A stretch of DNA of 64,000 nt from Euglena gracilis (Eukaryota), in assembly GCA_039621445.1 (NCBI GenBank), contig CP154954.1, forward strand, positions 26,424,954 through 26,488,953, read 5' to 3'. The position numbers and the translations under genes are program-made. The notes under the pieces were generated by a model. That model searched no databases, was not told where the DNA came from, and was given only the letters and a program-made list of their open reading frames with translations. Positions 58,101-64,000 of this stretch are shown here, piece after piece; position 1 is the first letter of the stretch, and the number at the start of each line of letters is the position of its first letter.

Positions 58101-60290
58101 CAGTGGGGGGGGGGGCTGATTTGCGTTCAATAAGTGAACAAATTTTTAATTAATAGGAATTTATAATTCCCATAACTTCCGTTTCCCATGAATTAAATAA
58201 TAATAAATAAATAGGAATTTAAATTCCCATAAATTTCCATTTCCTATTAGCAGGCAAATAAATAAAATAGAAACATGAGGCCAAAATGTGGCTTATTTCA
58301 AAGGGAGAAAAACACACAAAACCTTGCTCTTAGCCTGCTGCTGGACACAAGGGACCCCTTCTGTCTCGCCTATTTACGTCTCTGATGAAAATCTCACACA
58401 AACCAATTTAATGCCGTTGACGGGTTTATTTTACAATGCAGGCGGGGGTGCCAAAATCGCAAAAATGGCAGCTCTCCCAAACACCATATTTCTCTGACCT
58501 TTGCCAGGAGACGGCGAGCTCTCCGTTGATCAACCTTTCCCCAAGGTTGTTTTGCTTACTCATGTTTGCATATATTCACCTTCATTGAACCCAGCATATG
58601 TGGATGTTTACATTTATGCAGGCTGTCTTCTTCTGCTGGTGCTGTGTTTTATTTTCTGCTGCGACTGCTGCTGCTGCTGCTGCTTCTGCTGCTTCGTACT
58701 GTGAAGAGAATTCTGTTCCCCCATTGGTGGACTCATGCTCAACTCAAACTGCAGCACAAGTTAATTACAACGCCAGGGCGTATTTTGGTTCGCAACCGTT
58801 TAAAGCTGTGGACTGCAAATTTATTTATATATTTTATTACATTATAATATTTTACATAATATAACATTATACATAATACAATATTACAATTATACAATAT
58901 ATACATAATATCATAGTATATAATATAATATTGTGCATCACATAATATGTATATATTATATTTATATATTATATTTATATATATCACACCCATTTATATA
59001 TGTTAATGGCCAAATAACTTGGCAAACTGTGAGCCGAAAACAACCTTGTACTAACATCAACTGGCAGGAGGTGGGGTGGGGAAGTAGACCAAAGCAGACA
59101 TCGTCAATTCTCAAGCTGAAACTCTGTCCTGGGCAGCTGAAGGGGTGGCCGTGGGCGTGGCGGATGGCGTGGCGGATGGCGTGGAGGTGGGTGTTGCCGA
59201 CGGCGTGCTGGTGGGCGTGGCGGATGGTGTGGCCGAGGGCGTGGCGGTCGGGGTTGCCGACGGCGTGACAGTCGGCGTGCCGGACGGTGTGGCGGAGGGG
59301 GTGGCTGTGGGAGTGGCGGACGGCGTGGCCGATGGCGTGGCCGAGGGCGTGGCCGATGGTGTGGCAGTGGGCGTGCTGGAGGGTGTGGCGGAGGGGGTGG
59401 CTGTTGGGGTGGCAGAAGGCGTGGCGGTTGGGGTGCCAGACGGTGTGGCGGATGGGGTGGCTGTCGGGGTTGCCGAGGGCGTGGCGGAGGGTGTTCCGGT
59501 GGGGGTGGGGGCAGAAGCAGAGCTTCGGGATCGAAAAATAGTGTTCAACTTGGAGCCAATTGCCTCTTAATTCATTTTTTGTCGTTGCGAGATTGATAAG
59601 AAAAGTAATAAAAATAAATAAAATACCTTCTGTCCTCAAGTTGGAAGAAGAGGGAAAAGACAGGGGGGGCTGGAGGGCCCAGGGGGGCAAGGGGGGCAGG
59701 GATAGGGGGTAAAACCCCCCGAGTAACAGGGCGAGGTGCCTTGTTACTGGCACCATATTTTTGGCCTTCCCCCCGACCCGTTATTTGGGCTCTACCCATC
59801 ATCATGGTATTCCCTCACAGACCTTTTGTGATGAGTGACACATCCTCTGATGTCGCTGCAAACCTGAAATCCGAGACCTTGAACATGATTTTGACCCATC
59901 CTGATTCCACTTGCACCATCTGTCTCTTCTGTTCCTCCCCCAAAGCCTACTGCGAAACACTCACGGCAGGCAAGTGCTGTGGAATATTTTCGCCGTCACT
60001 AAGTTCTTGGACCAAAAAAAACTGGGAGTACCCCACTATTGGAACTATGTTTTTTGGTCTGCCCCCTGCCCCGTTATTTGGGCAATGCCCACCCAAAGGG
60101 CACTGCCCCGTTATTTGGGGTTTGAGGGGGGCAGGGGTGGGTAGGAGGTAGAATGGAGCAGGGGGGGGGGTCCCAGGTTCGTGCCATGTCTCACAATACA
60201 TCCGCCCTGTTCTGTCGCTGAAATCAAAGTTCATTTTCAGCGATCAGCAACAGAATACAAACAGTGTGCATGTGTGTGTGCGTGCGTGTG

Positions 60291-60357
<67 letters not shown>

Positions 60358-60358
60358 A

Positions 60359-60410
<52 letters not shown>

Positions 60411-60455
60411 TGTGTGTGTGTGTGTGGTTGGGTGTGGGTGGGTGGGTGGGTGGGT

Positions 60456-60544
<89 letters not shown>

Positions 60545-63500
60545 CGTGCCTGTGCACTCTTGTTAGGGAGTGTTTTGCGGTGTTGCAAAAACGTTCAGTA
60601 TATTTTCCAAACCCTCCCCATCCTGAACACTGCTAACCTGCCCATGGGGTTTACCCATCTGTACGTTGCCCTCCCTTCTGTACATAGCCCTCCTGAACAC
60701 TGCAAATACAGTAGGCGATACCACTGGTGGGTTGATTCAGTTCGCCCCACCACTGTGTTTTGAATCGGCGTTGCATATCTCGTACAGACGCCCTGGACCA
60801 TTTGCGGCATTGCTTAACGGCATTCAAGCATGATTAGTGGCGGGGGCGACCAGCTACCGAAAGATTGTCGTTGTGCCAGGAACCAGGAGAGGATGGATCT
60901 GTTCTGGGCAGCTGAAGGGGTGGCCGTGGGCGTGGCAGATGGCGTGGCGGATGGTGTGGCGGTGGGCGTCGCCGACGGCGTGCTGGTGGGCGTGGTGGAC
61001 GGTGTGGCCGAGGGCGTGGCTGTCGGGGTTGCCGACGGCGTGATGGTCGGCGTGCCGGACGGTGTGGCAGATGGGGTGGTTGTCGGAGTGGCCGAGGGCG
61101 TGGCGGAGGGTGTGCCGGTAGGGGTGGAGGCAGAGGCAAAGCTTCGGGAGTTCCCAATTTGTGATTTTTCTGGTTCTGTAGAAAAAATATTCCTTTCCTT
61201 TCCCCCCTCTCCAACCCTCCCCTCTGGAAAGCTGTCTCCTGACTTGACAGGATACCAAAACCTTTCTTTCTGGGAATTTATCAGGATAAGGGTACTGGTC
61301 GACTGCTCCTTCCTCTTCTTCTGGGTAGTGAGCATGTGGTTCTTTTCCACTCGAAAATTGCAGAAATGCAGAAATATCAGCATCGAACTCCACCACAAAC
61401 GATGACAAATAAGAGATTCTCTGGCTCAATCCCACACATGGATCGCACTGACAGAATCGTGTGTTCCCTGATCGCTCTAGCCCCGGCTATTCACGACGCC
61501 GTCTGTAGAAGCACCCCCAAAGGGTCTGGAAAACATTAAGGAGATGGTTCCGTGCTCCAGTTTTGCAAAAAAAAAAAAGAGAAACCAGGAGAGGGTGGCT
61601 TCGTCCTGGGCAGCTGAAGGGGTGGCCGTGGGGGTGGCGGATGGCGTGGCGGATGGCGTGGCGGTGGGCGTCGCCGACGGCGTGACGGTCGGCGTGGCGG
61701 ACGGTGTGGCCGAGGGCGTGGCGGTCGGGGTTGCCGACGGCGTGACGGTCGGCGTGCCGGACGGTGTGGCGGAGGGGGTGGTTGTCGGGGTTGCCGAGGG
61801 TGTGGTGGAGGGTGTGCCGGTGGGGGTGGGGGCAGAGGCAGAGCTTCGGGATCGAAAAACAGTGTTCAACTTGGAGCCCATTGCCTCTTATTTCATTTTT
61901 TGGTAGTGTCTTTGATAAGAAAATGAATAGAAAAAAATCTTCCAAACTTCTGTCCTCAAGTCTGGAAGAAGAAGGAAAAGGTAGTACGGGATGGGGGAAA
62001 CAGCGGGTTGCTGGTGGGGGGTAGGGGGAAAGGGGGGGATTTGGAGGGGCAGGGGGAAGGGGGGGTAGGGGGGGTAGGAGGGATAGGGTTACTGGGTTCG
62101 TGCCATGTCTCTGGATACATCTGTCCCGTTCAGTCGTTGAACACAACTGAAACAGATGCTCATTTTCAGCGATCAACAACAGAATACAAACAACTCTCCA
62201 ACTGTGTATGTTTATGTGCCTGTGCACTCATGTTCGGGAGTGTTCTGCGGCGTTTCAAAAATGTTCTGCAGTACTTAACGGCATTCAAGCATGATTAGTG
62301 GCGGGGCAGGCAAGCTACCAAAAGATTGTCATTGTTGCGAGGAACCAGGAGAGGATGGATCTGTCCTGGGCAGCTGAAGGGGTGGCCGTGGGCGTGGCGG
62401 ATGGCGTGGCGGATGGCGTGGAGGTGGGCGTTGCCGACGGCGTGACGGTCGGCGTGGCGGATGGTGTGGCCGAGGGCGTGGCGGTCGGGGTTGCCGACGG
62501 CGTGACAGTCGGCGTGCCGGACGGTGTGGCGGAGGGGGTGGCCGTGGGAGTGGCGGACGGCGTTGCCGACGGCGTGGCGGTGGGCGTGGCCGATGGTGTG
62601 GCAGTGGGCGTACTGGAGGGTGTGGCGGAGGGGGTGGCTGTTGGGGTGGCAGAAGGCGTGGCGGTTGGGGTGCCAGACGGTGTGGCAGATGGGGTGGCTG
62701 TCGGAGTGGCCGAGGGCGTGGCAGAGGGTGTGCCGGTGGGGGTGGGGTCAGAAGCAGAGCTTCAGGAGTCCAATGCGTTATTTTTCTGGCTCTGAAAAAA
62801 ATATTCCGTTCCTTCTCCTCCTCTAACCCTTTCCTTTGGGAAGGTGTCTCTTGGCTTGACAGGATACCAAAACAGGTTCTTTCTAGGAATTTTACAGGAT
62901 AAGGGTAGTGATCCACCTGGTCCTCTTCTGGGTAGAGAGCATTTGGTTCCTTTCCACTCGAAAATTACAAAACTATCAGCTTTGAACTCCCCAACAAAAA
63001 CGATGACGAACAAGAGACTTCGCACATGGATTGCACTGACAGAATTGTGTGTTCCCTGATCGCTCTGCCCCCGGATATTCACTGGGATGTCTGCACCAGC
63101 CCCCAACCCACCCCAGAGGCAAAACATTAAAGAGATGGGTGTGTGTGTGCTCCAGTGTGGCAAAAAAAAACTAAACTAGGAGAGGTGGCTCCGTCCTGGG
63201 CGGCTGAAGGAGTGGCCGTGGGCGTGGCAGATGGCGTGGCGGATGGTGTGGCGGTGGGCGTCGCCGACGGCGTGCTAGTGGGCGTTGCTGACGGTGTGGC
63301 CGAGGGCGTGCCTGTTGGGGTTGCCGACGGCGTGACGGTCGGCGTGCCGGTGGGGGTGGATGCAGAAACAGACCCCCGAATAAGCACAACTGGTGACCCA
63401 GTGTGGCGAAGTGTTCTGGGCGGGACAGAGTTCTTTTGGCCACCCAATTTTCTCAGTTGCGTCAAAGTCTTGCTGGACATTTGGCAATGTCAAGCACCTC

Positions 63501-63600
63501 GAGGACGTTGCGACCAACTCCCCTGCCCTTGGCAACCGGTACAACCATGAAGCTTGGAATGAGGCCCCGTTCAGCCCCGTCTTCGCCCCCAAAGCATTCC
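49115..63600 (-). CDS. Mucin-like Thr/Pro/Ser/Ala-repeat (TATPSATP) protein; multi-exon, both ends unresolved
   Basis: Exons in transcript order: 63422-63600 (non-repetitive, after a conventional TTTCCCTTTCGCAG acceptor), 63202-63363, 62372-62749, 61612-61833, 60910-61131, 59135-59512, 57616-58053, 56046-56302, 51742-52012, 50564-50941, 49115-49270. All join in frame using N3-CAG...CTG-N5 introns. The repeats vary mainly at synonymous positions; 954 repeat codons. Confidence 0.82.
54356..54470. repeat. 11-bp minisatellite (GCGGTGCCCCA)n
   Basis: Directly visible. Confidence 0.9.
60270..60542. repeat. Compound (GTGC)n/(GT)n microsatellite
   Basis: Directly visible. Confidence 0.95.
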
Positions 63601-64000
63601 CTGCGAAAGGGAAACCCAGGTGAGTCAGACGAAATCTCAACTGAGGGGCGGAATGGGGGTGGGGGTGGGAGAGGTTAGGGGAAGGGAGGGTCAAAATGCA
63701 AAAAGAAGTGTTGCACTTTGAAGGTATGCAGATTTCTTTAAGGAGTCCCCAGCCCGGCCAGGGTGCTGCCTCATCGCAGGGGGGGGGGTCTTGCCCTCAG
63801 TGCCTTGCTGACTTGGAACACCTCGTTGGGTTCGCCGAAAGCCACCTTCACAAGAAGTCCACAGGGAGTGAAACATAACCTAACTATAAAATGAGAATAC
63901 CCCCCCCGGGGGGGGCACCTGACAGGTTGGCCAGTACCGGAGACCCTGACAACTTCCAATCATGACAGGTTGGCCAGTACCAAGAACCCTGGCAGTTTCC

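Noticed and set aside
49113-63363. Plus-strand ([11 protein letters not shown])n proteins
   Set aside because: These are antisense shadows of the TATPSATP exons; the consistent splice geometry is on the minus strand.
63457-63619. Plus-strand exon (TTCTCAG|...|GTGAGT)
   Set aside because: No partner exons. The minus-strand reading has its own acceptor and links in frame through a hairpin intron to the mucin exons. Not fully excluded.

Overview
Eukaryotic, repeat-rich genomic DNA, very probably from a euglenid: it has GT-AG introns with GTGTG/GTGCG/GTTTG donors plus many non-GT-AG introns with the euglenid N3-CAG...CTG-N5 signature. (1) 1-19 kb is a head-to-tail cluster of three decayed CRE/SLACS-like (RT plus restriction-like endonuclease) non-LTR retrotransposons. 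Two divergent copies share an unusual layout: Dam-like N6-adenine DNA methyltransferase, then a 2A ribosome-skip peptide, then (zinc finger)-RT-RLE. Copy 1 is split by two insertions, one an 8.3-kb element with a 9-bp TSD that carries about 98 copies of a 77-bp satellite. (2) 19-28 kb is a thicket of MITE-like and low-complexity repeats. (3) 28.5-48 kb (+) holds 12 identifiable exons of PPWD1 (WD40 part only; cyclophilin exons not found). It has at least one nonconventional intron whose ends match the TIR and 8-bp TSD of a hAT transposon family also present in the window with transposase relics. (4) 49-63.6 kb (-) holds a gene with about 950 aa of T/P/S/A mucin-like repeats, split by ten consecutive nonconventional introns. 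All calls are by-eye motif recognition; no database searches were run.
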